A stretch of DNA of 64,000 nucleotides from Acidobacteriota bacterium (GCA_029263355.1 JAJCXQ010000686.1:177-64176); one strand, 5' to 3'; positions 19,254-29,532 are shown, counted from the first letter of the stretch. Program-made: numbers and translations. Notes: a model not told the origin generated them from the sequence alone.

Positions 19254-19392
19254 TACGGTTCATGCCGTGTCTCCGTCACAGTTCCGACTTGGCGCTGTAG
19301 TCCGGGATACCGTCATCTGGGATACCGTCATCCGGGCTGCCACCAACCGACCCCAATCCTCCGGGACTAAAAACCTCGAGCTTGTTTCGACT

Positions 19393-21183
19393 ATGTCTTC
19401 GCTACCTGAACCTGAACGTCTCGCCATGCCACTCGCCGTCTGGCTGGCGGTTGCCGCCTACACCAGCAGCCAGCTCGACCCGGCTGGCAAAGCAGAAGGG
19501 GCATTCCTCGGGTTTTTGATCGCGGGTGTCGTCGCGGCGATTGCAGCGATCGGATCTCGGACCCCTGGACGCAGGACATCACCAGAGCTGGCGTTGACGG
19601 CTCTGCTGTCTACCGCAACCGTCTGGATCGCTTATCAGGGGCCTTCACGGGGTGCTGTGGTGTCGGTGATTTTGGTCCTCGGGTTGGGTCTCAGCACCGC
19701 GCGAGCCCTCTTCGATGGCGGTGGGCGATGGCGACTCGTGGACCGGCTCGATCCCGGTATCTCAGTACCGATCGCCCTCGGCTGCCAATGGCTGATGCGC
19801 GGTGACCTGCTGCTGGCGCCTCTGCTCGAGACCCGGTCTCTGGTCAGCTTGCTGATACTGCCAATGGTGGCTGGCGGTTCGATCAGCGTTCTGGCCAGCC
19901 GCTTTGGTGTCCAACGAGCGGTGCTCGCCGGCGGACTGGTGGTGGTTCTCGCACCGGGTTGGACGCTGACCTCGACCTTTGCGGTTGCAGCCTTGGCAGC
20001 GGGCACACTCATCGCTGACCGCAATAAATCCAGCGTTTTACGGTGGGGGGCCGTCGCCGGCCTCGTTTTGTTGCCACTGTGGAGCCTGCCGAAGGGGTTA
20101 TTGATGGTGCTCGCGGCGATAGCGACCACCGGCCTAGCCATCGCTCCCCTGCCGCTGTTGACCATCGCCGCTGCATTGGTCGCGATCATGAGTCCACAGA
20201 TGCAGAGCCCGAGAAGCGCCTTGCACGCCTGGGCTGGCGGCGCGGTGCTGTTGGTTCCGGCAGCTATCATGGCGCCGGCCGATGGACGCGGCCAGATGCG
20301 CCTGGGTGCCATCCTGGCATTGGCTGCGGCACTGATCTCACCCCACCAGGATGCGATGGCAGCCGGCGTCGCGGTCGCCGCACTTGGCACACCGATCGGC
20401 GGCGCCGTCGCCACCCTTCAGCGAGCTTGGTGCGCAACATTGGTGATTGGCACAGCGCTACTCAGTGCCTATCCCTGGGTGCGGCGTGATCCCCTCGAGG
20501 ACCTGATGGCACTGTTCGGTTGGCACACTGAAGCATTCGCGGTGCTGATGGTTGTGAGCGGTGTCGTCGGACTCGGCTTGTTGTTGGATTTGTGGCGCCG
20601 CACCTCGCCGCGTTGGGCGCCGCGCCCCGGAATCCTCGCCGCTGTGCTGCTCGCCATCGCGCTGCTGCTCGGCAACGGCGTGTTGGACATCAGCTCCGTG
20701 TCACATCGCGGGTTCGCTCCGACCGACGTCCCAATCAACAGCTACAGCCCGGTCAACCTCGACGCCGCAGCCACAACATGGCAGAAGACGTTCTCCGAGT
20801 CACCGATCACCACCCAGACGATAGCCGGACTGACGATAGCCGGACTGACGATAGACAGTCACCTGATTCGCGGTAGCCAGCTGATTCCGGGAACGACCGT
20901 TGCAACTGTCGAACTGCTCGGACCCAAAGGCGAAATCCTGGCAGAATGGCCTCTGCGGGCCAACGCCGAAACGGGAGAATGGTCTTCGGCTCGGGACGAT
21001 CTCGTGGCGCCTTCACATTGGATCACCCGGGTCGCCCCCGAAGGCACCTTCTTCGCCCGTAGCTACCGTGCCCGCTTCGAGCCTGCCAAGCCGCTAGAAG
21101 CGGTTCGCTTGAGAATCCGACGCGCTGCCGACCTGCCGCAAAAGACAGAGCTAAGGATCGTCCGGTTGGAGATTCGGCAATGA
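19393..21183 (+). CDS. Polytopic Ala/Leu-rich membrane protein with C-terminal soluble domain
   Basis: ATG 19393 (MSSLPEPERLAMPLAVWLAV...); >10 predicted TM segments; contains tandem peptide repeat TIAGLTIAGLTID; ATGA-coupled to downstream gene. Confidence 0.6.
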   Translation: MSSLPEPERLAMPLAVWLAVAAYTSSQLDPAGKAEGAFLGFLIAGVVAAIAAIGSRTPGRRTSPELALTALLSTATVWIAYQGPSRGAVVSVILVLGLGLSTARALFDGGGRWRLVDRLDPGISVPIALGCQWLMRGDLLLAPLLETRSLVSLLILPMVAGGSISVLASRFGVQRAVLAGGLVVVLAPGWTLTSTFAVAALAAGTLIADRNKSSVLRWGAVAGLVLLPLWSLPKGLLMVLAAIATTGLAIAPLPLLTIAAALVAIMSPQMQSPRSALHAWAGGAVLLVPAAIMAPADGRGQMRLGAILALAAALISPHQDAMAAGVAVAALGTPIGGAVATLQRAWCATLVIGTALLSAYPWVRRDPLEDLMALFGWHTEAFAVLMVVSGVVGLGLLLDLWRRTSPRWAPRPGILAAVLLAIALLLGNGVLDISSVSHRGFAPTDVPINSYSPVNLDAAATTWQKTFSESPITTQTIAGLTIAGLTIDSHLIRGSQLIPGTTVATVELLGPKGEILAEWPLRANAETGEWSSARDDLVAPSHWITRVAPEGTFFARSYRARFEPAKPLEAVRLRIRRAADLPQKTELRIVRLEIRQ

Positions 21184-23381
21184 CACCGGCGGACATGCGG
21201 TTCCGAACCCTGGCCGAGCTGGTCTCAGCGATCTTGGCAGCATGGGCACTCTCTTGGAGCCTCGATGCCGCCGATCCTTTTCGCGGCACTTTTGGAGTGC
21301 TCCCCTTGGTGGTTGCCGCGCTGCGTGCCATCGAGCGCCACAGTGTCGAGCTTCACAGTGTCGAGCGAAGGCGCGAAAGCTGGCTGTCGGCCCTAACTCT
21401 CGGCGGTTGGGTCCTCATCACGATCTATCGTCAACGGCTCGGCCTGGTAGCCACGGACTGGTTTTTGGCCGCCGGCTTTCTGCTGCTGCTCACCCAGCGG
21501 GTGGCGACACTGGTGATCAGACTCCGCCCCAGCCTCGGACGCAGCCTGCCTCGACGGCCACCAATCGCCTTCTTCGTGCTGCCCCTCGTGGTTTACCTGG
21601 CGATTCAGCCTTGGTCGAGCAGTCATCGACAACCGGATGGTGATGAGCCTTATTACCTGTTGGTAGCCCATAGCTTGGCCTACGACTTCGACGTTGATCT
21701 GAGCAACAACTACCAGGACGACTGGCAGCGCTTCATGAAGCGCCGGATCGAGCCTCAGCCCGGTGACCCGGTCGGTGACGATGGCGAGATCTACTCTCGC
21801 CACGGTTTCCTGCTGCCGCTGATCCTGACTCCCGCTTATCGCCTCGCCGGCCCTGCCGGCGCCATGTGGGTCATGGCCGCGCTGGCAGCCGCGCTCGCCT
21901 GGATGGTGCTGCGTCTCGCTCATCACTATGTGCCCCAATCGCCGGCAGGTGCGTTGTTGGCTTACGGTGTCGTCGCCTTCAGCCCACCGCTACTGCTCTA
22001 CAGCTACCAGATCTGGGTCGAAATACCGGCAGCCTTACTGCTGAGCCTGGCACTCGATCGCATCCTGTTGTTGCGCCAGCTCGATCGGCCGCGGCCCCTG
22101 CAACTGGCGATGCTGGCACTCCCGATCCTGTTACTGCCGATTCTCAAAATGCGTTTTGGGCTCTTGGTGGGGCCTTTGGTGCTGATCGCCGCTTGGCGGA
22201 CCCGAAAGATCTCGATCGGCTGGGTGGGCGGCGCCCTGGCGACGATGGCAGCAGGCCTGATGGCGTTTAATGCCCTGCGCTTCGGCAACCCCTTGCGGAT
22301 CTACTCCTGGAGCGAGCTTGATTTGCTGCAGTATTCGCTCGCGGATTTCGCTCGCGGCGGCTTCGGCATGTTCTATGACTGCGCCTTTGGCCTGTTTCCG
22401 AATGCACCGATCTGGTTTCTACTACTGCCTGCCTTTGGGCTTCTGATTCACCGCCGCGCATCTCTTGCCTCATCACCATCGCTGCTGTTCGACTTGCTGC
22501 TGATCTCGGGTCCGTACCTGCTGTTCATCGCTCCACGCATCGAGTGGTTCGGCGGTTGGGCGCCGCCGTTTCGTTACCCTTTGGTCTTCCTACCGCTGGT
22601 GGCGGTAGCCCTGGCGCCAATCCTCGACCAGCGGCGGCGTCCCGAGGTCCGTGCCCTGATCGCAGCGTTGGCAGCACTCACCCTGGTATTGACGGTGGTG
22701 TGGGTTGTCATTCCCGGCTGGACCTACAACTTCGCCGATGGACGCAGCCATCTCCTGGACCAGGCCGGCGAGCGCTTGAGTACCGATATCGCTCGATTCT
22801 TCCCCAGCACGGTGCGACCGCGTGCAGCCACCTGGCTGTGGATTGCCGTCTCCCTGTTGGCAATCCCCCTCGGAGCCCGATGGAGTGGTGGTTGGCAGGG
22901 TCGGCGCGGTACCCGGCGCGGCCGACCCGCCGCAGCTTGGGGCGTCACCGCGGTGCTGTTGCTTTTGCCGGCGTTGGTGTTCTTCAGCCACCGGTTACCG
23001 ACCGGGGTCGTCCACTTCGAAGATGCGTTTGTATTCCAACCACGCGGCAGCGTCTTTCCACCGCCCTGGGTGTTGCAACGGCCCAACTATACTGGCGGTT
23101 GGACGCTGCCCGCCGGCCGCTGGCTTGCTGCTCCGATCACCACCGGTGGCGAGCAGGTGACGATTCAGCTGTTCGCGCTGCCCAAGAAATCCAATCGCCC
23201 GGCACGGATATGGGTCGGAGCCGGTGACCACCAGCTGGCGATCCTCGACGCGCAGCAGACTGCGAATCAAGAATGGGTCACCACCACTCTCGGACCTGTC
23301 GACTGGCCCAGTGGCCAACCGCTAGTCGTCCGCACCCTCGAAGGGTCGCTAATCCTCGACCGAGCGGAGCTCACATGGTAG
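21180..23381 (+). CDS. GT-C superfamily glycosyltransferase-like membrane protein (ArnT/PMT-like, DE-motif loop)
   Basis: DGDEPYYLLVAHSLAYDFD loop after first TM resembles GT39/GT83 DE motif; many TM helices; C-terminal soluble domain. Confidence 0.6.
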   Translation: MTPADMRFRTLAELVSAILAAWALSWSLDAADPFRGTFGVLPLVVAALRAIERHSVELHSVERRRESWLSALTLGGWVLITIYRQRLGLVATDWFLAAGFLLLLTQRVATLVIRLRPSLGRSLPRRPPIAFFVLPLVVYLAIQPWSSSHRQPDGDEPYYLLVAHSLAYDFDVDLSNNYQDDWQRFMKRRIEPQPGDPVGDDGEIYSRHGFLLPLILTPAYRLAGPAGAMWVMAALAAALAWMVLRLAHHYVPQSPAGALLAYGVVAFSPPLLLYSYQIWVEIPAALLLSLALDRILLLRQLDRPRPLQLAMLALPILLLPILKMRFGLLVGPLVLIAAWRTRKISIGWVGGALATMAAGLMAFNALRFGNPLRIYSWSELDLLQYSLADFARGGFGMFYDCAFGLFPNAPIWFLLLPAFGLLIHRRASLASSPSLLFDLLLISGPYLLFIAPRIEWFGGWAPPFRYPLVFLPLVAVALAPILDQRRRPEVRALIAALAALTLVLTVVWVVIPGWTYNFADGRSHLLDQAGERLSTDIARFFPSTVRPRAATWLWIAVSLLAIPLGARWSGGWQGRRGTRRGRPAAAWGVTAVLLLLPALVFFSHRLPTGVVHFEDAFVFQPRGSVFPPPWVLQRPNYTGGWTLPAGRWLAAPITTGGEQVTIQLFALPKKSNRPARIWVGAGDHQLAILDAQQTANQEWVTTTLGPVDWPSGQPLVVRTLEGSLILDRAELTW

Positions 23382-24337
23382 TGACCGCCATCCCACCGAA
23401 ACTGAGTGTCATTGTCCCCACTTTAGGGTGGAGCCGGTGGCTGACCGACTGCCTCGATGCCCTACGCCGGCAGACCGACGATCTCGAAATACTGCTCGTC
23501 AGCCAGGGCGAGGGACGGCAACAAAGCCGCAAACACCGCGCCGAAGAACTCGCCGATGTGATTCTACAACTCGATGAAAACACCGGTTTCGCCACCGCCA
23601 ACAACCGTGGCCTGACCGCAGCCCGCGGCGACTACATTGCCACCGTCAATGATGATGCGATCGTTGAAGACGGGTGGTGTGACGCCCTTCTAACCGCCCT
23701 CGACAACGACCCTAGCCTCGCCGCGGCCCAGGGCATCAATCTCATGCTCGACGAGCCGTCACGGATCGATGGCGGTGGCCTGGCTTGGAATCGTCATTGG
23801 CAGGCCGTTCAGCTCGGTTACAACAAACCTCTCGCGACCTTGCCTGCCACGCCGACGGAAATTTTCGGTGTCTCGGCGACGGCGGCAATCTACCGCCGAT
23901 CTGCTCTCGAAAAAGTCGGTGGTCCCAAGTTCGAGGCTTTCGACCCACAGCTTTTCGCCTATTACGAAGACGTTGACCTCGCCTGTCGTCTAAGGGCTGC
24001 CGGCTATCGTTCGCAACGGGTACCGGTAGCACGGGCCCGGCATGCGGGTTCGGTCAGCGGCAGAAAGTTGGTGGGCGGCAGCCGGAGGTTGATCTACCGC
24101 AATCGGCATCTGGTGCTAGCTCGGCTACTGGGGCGCGCTTATTGGACCAACCTGCCACAAATCCTGGCCCGGGACGCTGCCGATCTATGGCAGGCTGCAA
24201 CAAGCCGAGATCGCTTTGCGGCCCTCGGCATCCTAACGGGTCTAGCCGGCGCCCTGCGTCACGGACTGCGCTTCGCCCATCTCGGTCCGACGACGATTCC
24301 GTTGGCGGAGATGAAACGATTCCAAGTCGACCGATGA
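23375..24337 (+). CDS. GT2 family glycosyltransferase (rhamnosyltransferase-like)
   Basis: LSVIVPTLGWSRWLTDCLDALRRQT...NTGFATANNRGL...DYIATVNDDAIVEDGW; start ATG overlaps previous stop (ATGGTAG). Confidence 0.85.
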   Translation: MVVTAIPPKLSVIVPTLGWSRWLTDCLDALRRQTDDLEILLVSQGEGRQQSRKHRAEELADVILQLDENTGFATANNRGLTAARGDYIATVNDDAIVEDGWCDALLTALDNDPSLAAAQGINLMLDEPSRIDGGGLAWNRHWQAVQLGYNKPLATLPATPTEIFGVSATAAIYRRSALEKVGGPKFEAFDPQLFAYYEDVDLACRLRAAGYRSQRVPVARARHAGSVSGRKLVGGSRRLIYRNRHLVLARLLGRAYWTNLPQILARDAADLWQAATSRDRFAALGILTGLAGALRHGLRFAHLGPTTIPLAEMKRFQVDR

Positions 24338-25272
24338 CACCGTCCAACCCCAGACTGAGTGCGGTGGTGATTCACTGGCGGGATGAGGACAACCTCACCG
24401 AGCTCGTCGCATCCTGGCCGCGAGATCCAGCTTTCGAGCTATTGGTGGTCGACAATAGCCGTTCACTCGGCGACCTCTCCGAGCCCGCACGACGACTCAC
24501 ACCCGGGTGCAACTTAGGCTTTGCAGGCGGCGTCAACTTCGGCGCCCGGGAGGCGCGTGCCCCTTGGATCCTGATCCTCAATGCCGACGCCCGCCCCGAA
24601 GACGGCGCCCTCGAAGCTCTGGTCGCAGCTTCCGAAGCCTACCCCGAGGCCGCCGGCATCGTACCCGCTCTGATCGGGGCGGAGGGCGGGTCGCAGCATC
24701 GCTGGCAGTTGCAGCCACTACCCACACTCGGGACCTTGGTGTTGCAAACGATGTTCATCGCCAGCCACCGAGGGCCAAGGGTCGCCCCAACTCGCGGCGC
24801 CACCATCGAACAACCCGCGGCAGCGGCGTTGGTTTTGCGTCGCGAGGTGCTGGATCAACTCGATGGCTTCGACGAAGGCTTCTTTCCCGCCTGGTTCGAA
24901 GACGTCGACCTCGCTCGACGGCTGGCTGATGGCGGTCATCACCTGATTTACGAGCCCGGAGCACAATTCAGGCATGCTGGCGGCGCCACCGTTCCGACCC
25001 TCGGTTACGGTCCCTTTCTGTGGATCTACTACCGCAATCTGTTGCGCTACTTGCGCCGACACCATGGTGGCGGATGGGCCTTTCTCGCACGCTGGACGTT
25101 ATTGTGCGGAGTGTCGCTGCGGCTCGTCACCCTGCCTTTGCGTCGACCACGCCGAGCACGGACTCGCTACCAAGCCGCTGCCGGTCTGCTGAGGGTGGTG
25201 GCCGGCGCGACCAGCGATTGGCGCTGGCCAACGAGTTATCGGCGCCGCTTCTCACGCGAGGATTTGGGATGA
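24334..25272 (+). CDS. GT2 family glycosyltransferase
   Basis: LSAVVIHWRDEDNL...NLGFAGGVNFGA...ILNADARPEDG; ATGA coupling both ends. Confidence 0.85.
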   Translation: MTPSNPRLSAVVIHWRDEDNLTELVASWPRDPAFELLVVDNSRSLGDLSEPARRLTPGCNLGFAGGVNFGAREARAPWILILNADARPEDGALEALVAASEAYPEAAGIVPALIGAEGGSQHRWQLQPLPTLGTLVLQTMFIASHRGPRVAPTRGATIEQPAAAALVLRREVLDQLDGFDEGFFPAWFEDVDLARRLADGGHHLIYEPGAQFRHAGGATVPTLGYGPFLWIYYRNLLRYLRRHHGGGWAFLARWTLLCGVSLRLVTLPLRRPRRARTRYQAAAGLLRVVAGATSDWRWPTSYRRRFSREDLG

Positions 25273-26288
25273 CGACCGGGCCGGGCGACCGCGTTGCCAT
25301 CTGCATCGTGACTTATGGTTCGGCGACGGACTTGCCCATGTGCTTCGCCACCATCGCCGAGCAAGATCATCGCCCGCTCGACTTGATTGTTGTCGACTGT
25401 GCCAGCACCGACGGCAGTGCTGAGGTTGCCCGTCAAACCGATGTTCCAGGGGTCCGCAAGCAGGTCATCGCGCTGGAGCAGAACCTGGGTTTTGCGGGCG
25501 GTATGAACACCGCCTTCCGACACACCGACGCCAACTTTCTACTGACGCTCAACGCCGACGCCAGACCCCAGCCCGAGTTCACCCGTCGTTTGTTGAAGAG
25601 ACTCACCAGCACCCCCCGTTGCGCCGCAGTCACCGGTCGCTTGGTGCGTCCTGCCGACCCGGCGACAGGAGAACGGCGGATCGACGCCTGCGGCATGCGG
25701 TTGATTCGCACTTGGCGTCATCTCGACCGTGGCTCGGAACAAATCGACCGCAGCCAGTGGAGCGAACCGCACGAGGTGTTCGGCGCCACCGGAGCCGCCA
25801 CCCTTTTTGCTCGCACGGCGCTCGACGACGTGGCTTTCAGGGAAACCGCGTCAAAGGGTGAAATCTTCGATCAAACGTTCCACTCGTTCCGTGAAGATGC
25901 CGAGCTCTGCTTCCGGCTTCAAGAGCGCGGCTGGAGAGTGATCTACGAGCCCGCCGCGGTAGCCGAACACCGTCGCCGAGTGCTGCCGACCCGTCGACGG
26001 CAGCTGCCAGCGGCAGTCAACTACCACTCGCTCAAGAACCGCTACCTGCTGCGGGCTTATCACCAGACCCGGGGCAATTTCTGGCGGACCTTGTTACCGA
26101 CCGCCGGTCGCGATCTGCAGGCGTTGATCTACGTGATGCTCTTCGAGCGCACGTCATGGTCGGCATACACCTGGCTGTGGCGTCACCGGCGACAAATCCT
26201 CGATCGACGTCGGGCGATTCAACGCCGTCGGACGGAGCCGACCGAAGCTCTGGATCGATGGTTCAACCGAGACAGCTTGCCACTGTAA
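25269..26288 (+). CDS. GT2 family glycosyltransferase
   Basis: VAICIVTYGSATDL...IVVDCASTDGS...NLGFAGGMNTAF...LNADARPQPEF; ATGA coupling. Confidence 0.85.
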   Translation: MTTGPGDRVAICIVTYGSATDLPMCFATIAEQDHRPLDLIVVDCASTDGSAEVARQTDVPGVRKQVIALEQNLGFAGGMNTAFRHTDANFLLTLNADARPQPEFTRRLLKRLTSTPRCAAVTGRLVRPADPATGERRIDACGMRLIRTWRHLDRGSEQIDRSQWSEPHEVFGATGAATLFARTALDDVAFRETASKGEIFDQTFHSFREDAELCFRLQERGWRVIYEPAAVAEHRRRVLPTRRRQLPAAVNYHSLKNRYLLRAYHQTRGNFWRTLLPTAGRDLQALIYVMLFERTSWSAYTWLWRHRRQILDRRRAIQRRRTEPTEALDRWFNRDSLPL

Positions 26289-26352
26289 GCAGAGAAGTCG
26301 CGAGCAGGAACAGGGAAATCGTGAGCCAGGCAGCCCGGGCAGAACTCGTCCC

Positions 26353-28509
26353 TCAGAACGTGAGCAGCTCACGGGCCGCAGCCAACACCTTGTCCGTCGA
26401 GGGCAGCAAGGCCTGTTCGAGATTTTTGGCAAAGGGCACGGCACGGTCGGGGTAGGCGACGCGCTTGACCGGTGCGTCGAGCCAGGAGAAGGCCTGGTCG
26501 GCGATGCGTGCGACCACTTCACCTCCAAAGCCCGCGGTTTCCTGAGCTTCGTGCACCACCAGCGCCCGCCCGGTCTTGCGGACCGACGTCAGTATGGCCT
26601 CTTCATCCAGGGGTACCAGGGTACGCAGATCAACCACCTCGACCTCGACTCCTTCTTTGGCAAGTGCGTCAGCGGCTTCGAGGCAAGTCCAGACACCGGA
26701 GCCGTAGGTCACCATCGTGAGATCCGTACCGACACGCCGAACAGTGGCAACTCCCAGCTCGAACACCTCGTCGGGACCGGGAAGCACCGCCTTGATCCGC
26801 CGATAAAGGAATTTGTGCTCGCAGAAGACAACCGGATTAGGATCTCGGATCGCCGCCTTGAGCAGACCTTTGGCATCCTCGGCGGTGGCTGGACACACCA
26901 CTTTGAGACCGGCGACGTGAGCGAACCAGGCTTCAGGATTCTGGGAGTGAAACGGACCAGCGCCGACACCTCCACCTGCCGGCAGGCGCACCACCAGTGG
27001 ACACGGAACCTGCCAACGATAGAAGAACTTGGCGATGACGTTGACCATCTGATTGAAGCCACAGGAGATGAAATCACCGAATTGCATCTCCACCACCGGT
27101 CGATAACCCAACAAGGCGGCTCCAGCAGCGATTCCCAAGGTACCGCTCTCCGCGATCGGGGTATCGAGCACCCGCTTCGGCCAACGTTTCCACAGCCCTT
27201 TTGTAATCCGGAAGGCGCCTTCGAAGGCGGCGATATCCTGGCCCATGAGTATCACTCGATCATCGCGTTCGAGTTCTTCCCGCAGCGCCTGGTGGATACC
27301 TTCGACGTAGGTTTCCGGCTGCGTATCCTCAACACCCGCCAGGGCACTCTCGGACGGTGCTCCATCAGACGACGCTTCCTTGGAAAGTATTTCCTCGGAT
27401 AGATCGATCTCGAGCTCTTCCGAGTCGACTGGAGGCGTTTGCTCAGGCAGCGACGATTCTCCAAACGATAGCGCCAGAGCGGGCCGGAATGCGATCTCGT
27501 CCTCAGGACCAGGAGCCTCGACCGCTCGTGCCACTGCTTCTTCCACTAATTCGGAAATCCGCCCTTCTAGGCGCGCCAGCAATTCGCTGTCGAGAACTCC
27601 CTTGGTGTCGAGTTGGCGGGCGTAGGCTGGCACCGGGTCCTGGCTCATATAGACCTCGAGCTCGGCTTCCGGGACAACTTTGAGGGAATCGTCACCTTCA
27701 CTGTGGCCGCGCATCCGGCCGAGCATCGCTTCGATCAAGGTCGGGCCGGCCCCGGACCGGGCGCGCTCCAAAGCTTCTGCCATCGCCACGCCAACACTCT
27801 CTGGATCATTACCATCAACGGTCACCGCGGCCATGCCATAGCCAATACCTCGATCGCTCAGGCGCTCGGCGGCATATTGATCCGAGGTTGGCGTCGAGAA
27901 CGCATAGCGGTTGTTCTCGATCACCAGAATCAACGGCAACTTCCAAACCGCGGCCATGTTGAGGCCCTCGTGGAAGTCGCCGGTGGAGGTGCCGCCGTCG
28001 CCAATGAAATTCAACGCCACCCGGTCGGTGCCGGCTTGCTTGAGTGCGAAGGCTGCACCCGCAGCGACAGGAATCATCGAACCAAGATGGCTGATCATGC
28101 CGATGTGGCGGATGCCTTGGCGCGGGTCCAGGTAACCGTAGTGAAACGACCGCTCGACGCCACTCGAGAAACCATCAGCCCGGCCGAGGAGCTGGCAACA
28201 CAGTCGGTAGAGCAACTCTCGCGGCTCCGGGCGGATGCCATCCGGCTCGCCGAACCCGAATCCGGGGAAAGCCCGCGCCGGGTCGAGATAAACCGACAGG
28301 ATGGCGCCAAGATCGCGGTGTAAAGAGCACAACACGTCCCCTGGCTCGAGGGCCAGCCCGGAAGCTACCGTCGTCGCTTCGCTGCCGATCTGGCTGTACC
28401 ATTTGGACAGACGTCCGGTACGCAACAACATCGCAAAACGAGTGTCGAGGTCGCGGGCGAACCGCATGTAAGCGTAGTGCAGCAGCCGCAGTGGGTCGAG
28501 GTCGCTCAT
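26353..28509 (-). CDS. 2-oxoacid dehydrogenase E1 component, fused alpha-beta subunits (TPP-dependent)
   Basis: N-half E1-alpha (YRLCCQLLGRADGFSSG...GDGGTSTGDFHEGLNMAAV) and C-half E1-beta (ILMGQDIA..GAFRITKGL...TPIAESGTLGIAAGAALLGYRPVVEMQFGDF) joined by acidic linker in one 718-aa ORF. Confidence 0.88.
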   Translation of the reverse strand: MSDLDPLRLLHYAYMRFARDLDTRFAMLLRTGRLSKWYSQIGSEATTVASGLALEPGDVLCSLHRDLGAILSVYLDPARAFPGFGFGEPDGIRPEPRELLYRLCCQLLGRADGFSSGVERSFHYGYLDPRQGIRHIGMISHLGSMIPVAAGAAFALKQAGTDRVALNFIGDGGTSTGDFHEGLNMAAVWKLPLILVIENNRYAFSTPTSDQYAAERLSDRGIGYGMAAVTVDGNDPESVGVAMAEALERARSGAGPTLIEAMLGRMRGHSEGDDSLKVVPEAELEVYMSQDPVPAYARQLDTKGVLDSELLARLEGRISELVEEAVARAVEAPGPEDEIAFRPALALSFGESSLPEQTPPVDSEELEIDLSEEILSKEASSDGAPSESALAGVEDTQPETYVEGIHQALREELERDDRVILMGQDIAAFEGAFRITKGLWKRWPKRVLDTPIAESGTLGIAAGAALLGYRPVVEMQFGDFISCGFNQMVNVIAKFFYRWQVPCPLVVRLPAGGGVGAGPFHSQNPEAWFAHVAGLKVVCPATAEDAKGLLKAAIRDPNPVVFCEHKFLYRRIKAVLPGPDEVFELGVATVRRVGTDLTMVTYGSGVWTCLEAADALAKEGVEVEVVDLRTLVPLDEEAILTSVRKTGRALVVHEAQETAGFGGEVVARIADQAFSWLDAPVKRVAYPDRAVPFAKNLEQALLPSTDKVLAAARELLTF

Positions 28510-28650
28510 GGCGCGCAGAGTTTACGGTGGGCGGTTACCGGCGGCAAGGATTTTTTGGACTCAGACGCCTGTCAGTCGAAAGCTTCAGCGTCGGTAGCTT
28601 CAGAGTCGGACGCTTCGGGGCCTCGTCCCACGACCAAGCACCAGCCATCT

Positions 28651-29532
28651 TCAGTCTCCGGCCGAAGGCAGTTGGGTCAGCGCCTCACACAGCTGAGTGA
28701 ACCATGTTTCATCCGACACTTCTTGGGGTCGATCGATCAGCTGATCGAGCGCTGGCGCTCGCCCTGATAGCCATTGCAAATGATCCAGCGTGGCGTCGGA
28801 CATCCCGCTATCCCGCACCTGAAACGCTGACCACATCAGCAGTTGGTGGTCGAACTCGATCAACTCGGCACGATGATTGATCTCGGCGACGTAGTCGTTG
28901 AATCGTTCAATCTCCGTCCAGATCTCCATCGCCCGCGTTGGATCGTGCTCGCCTTCGAGCCATTGATCTACCTGATCGCTGACCAAATGACAGCGCATTT
29001 GCTCATCGAGACGAATCTCTTCGAACGTCGGCGAGCTCTTGATCCATGCGAATCCGCGCGCCGCCATCGCTAGTCGATCGGCGACCTCACCATCGACGAT
29101 CGCCTGGCCAAGGCTGAGACGCAGCCGGAATTTGCCGAAAATTCGCCGAATACGGATTGCTGACGCCACCGCGGCGCGCTGATCTCGGGACGGTGGGCTC
29201 AGGCTCCTCGCTTGCTGAATATCGAAGTCCGGCACATGCGCTGTCGGCTGAGGCGGATCGCTGACGGAAGCTTCTTGTTTCCGCCTCTGATAGCGCTGGG
29301 CCCGTTCCAAGGTGCTCTCGATGACCCGGCCGTGCTGCTCCTTCATCGCCGCCCGCACCGACTCCACGTCCGACGGCTTTGGGGTCAAGAGCTTGTATTC
29401 CCGGGTCGCGACAATCTTACCGCCGACAAAAACTTCGGTCCGAATATAGAGATCCACCTTGCGGGTGAGCTCTGTCTGAAAATGGAAGGTCCGCCCGAGA
29501 ACGGTGACCTCCTGATTCAAGCCGCTAATCAT
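28651..29532 (-). CDS. Hypothetical protein
   Basis: Long ORF in coding-dense region; no confident family assignment. Confidence 0.4.
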   Translation of the reverse strand: MISGLNQEVTVLGRTFHFQTELTRKVDLYIRTEVFVGGKIVATREYKLLTPKPSDVESVRAAMKEQHGRVIESTLERAQRYQRRKQEASVSDPPQPTAHVPDFDIQQARSLSPPSRDQRAAVASAIRIRRIFGKFRLRLSLGQAIVDGEVADRLAMAARGFAWIKSSPTFEEIRLDEQMRCHLVSDQVDQWLEGEHDPTRAMEIWTEIERFNDYVAEINHRAELIEFDHQLLMWSAFQVRDSGMSDATLDHLQWLSGRAPALDQLIDRPQEVSDETWFTQLCEALTQLPSAGD

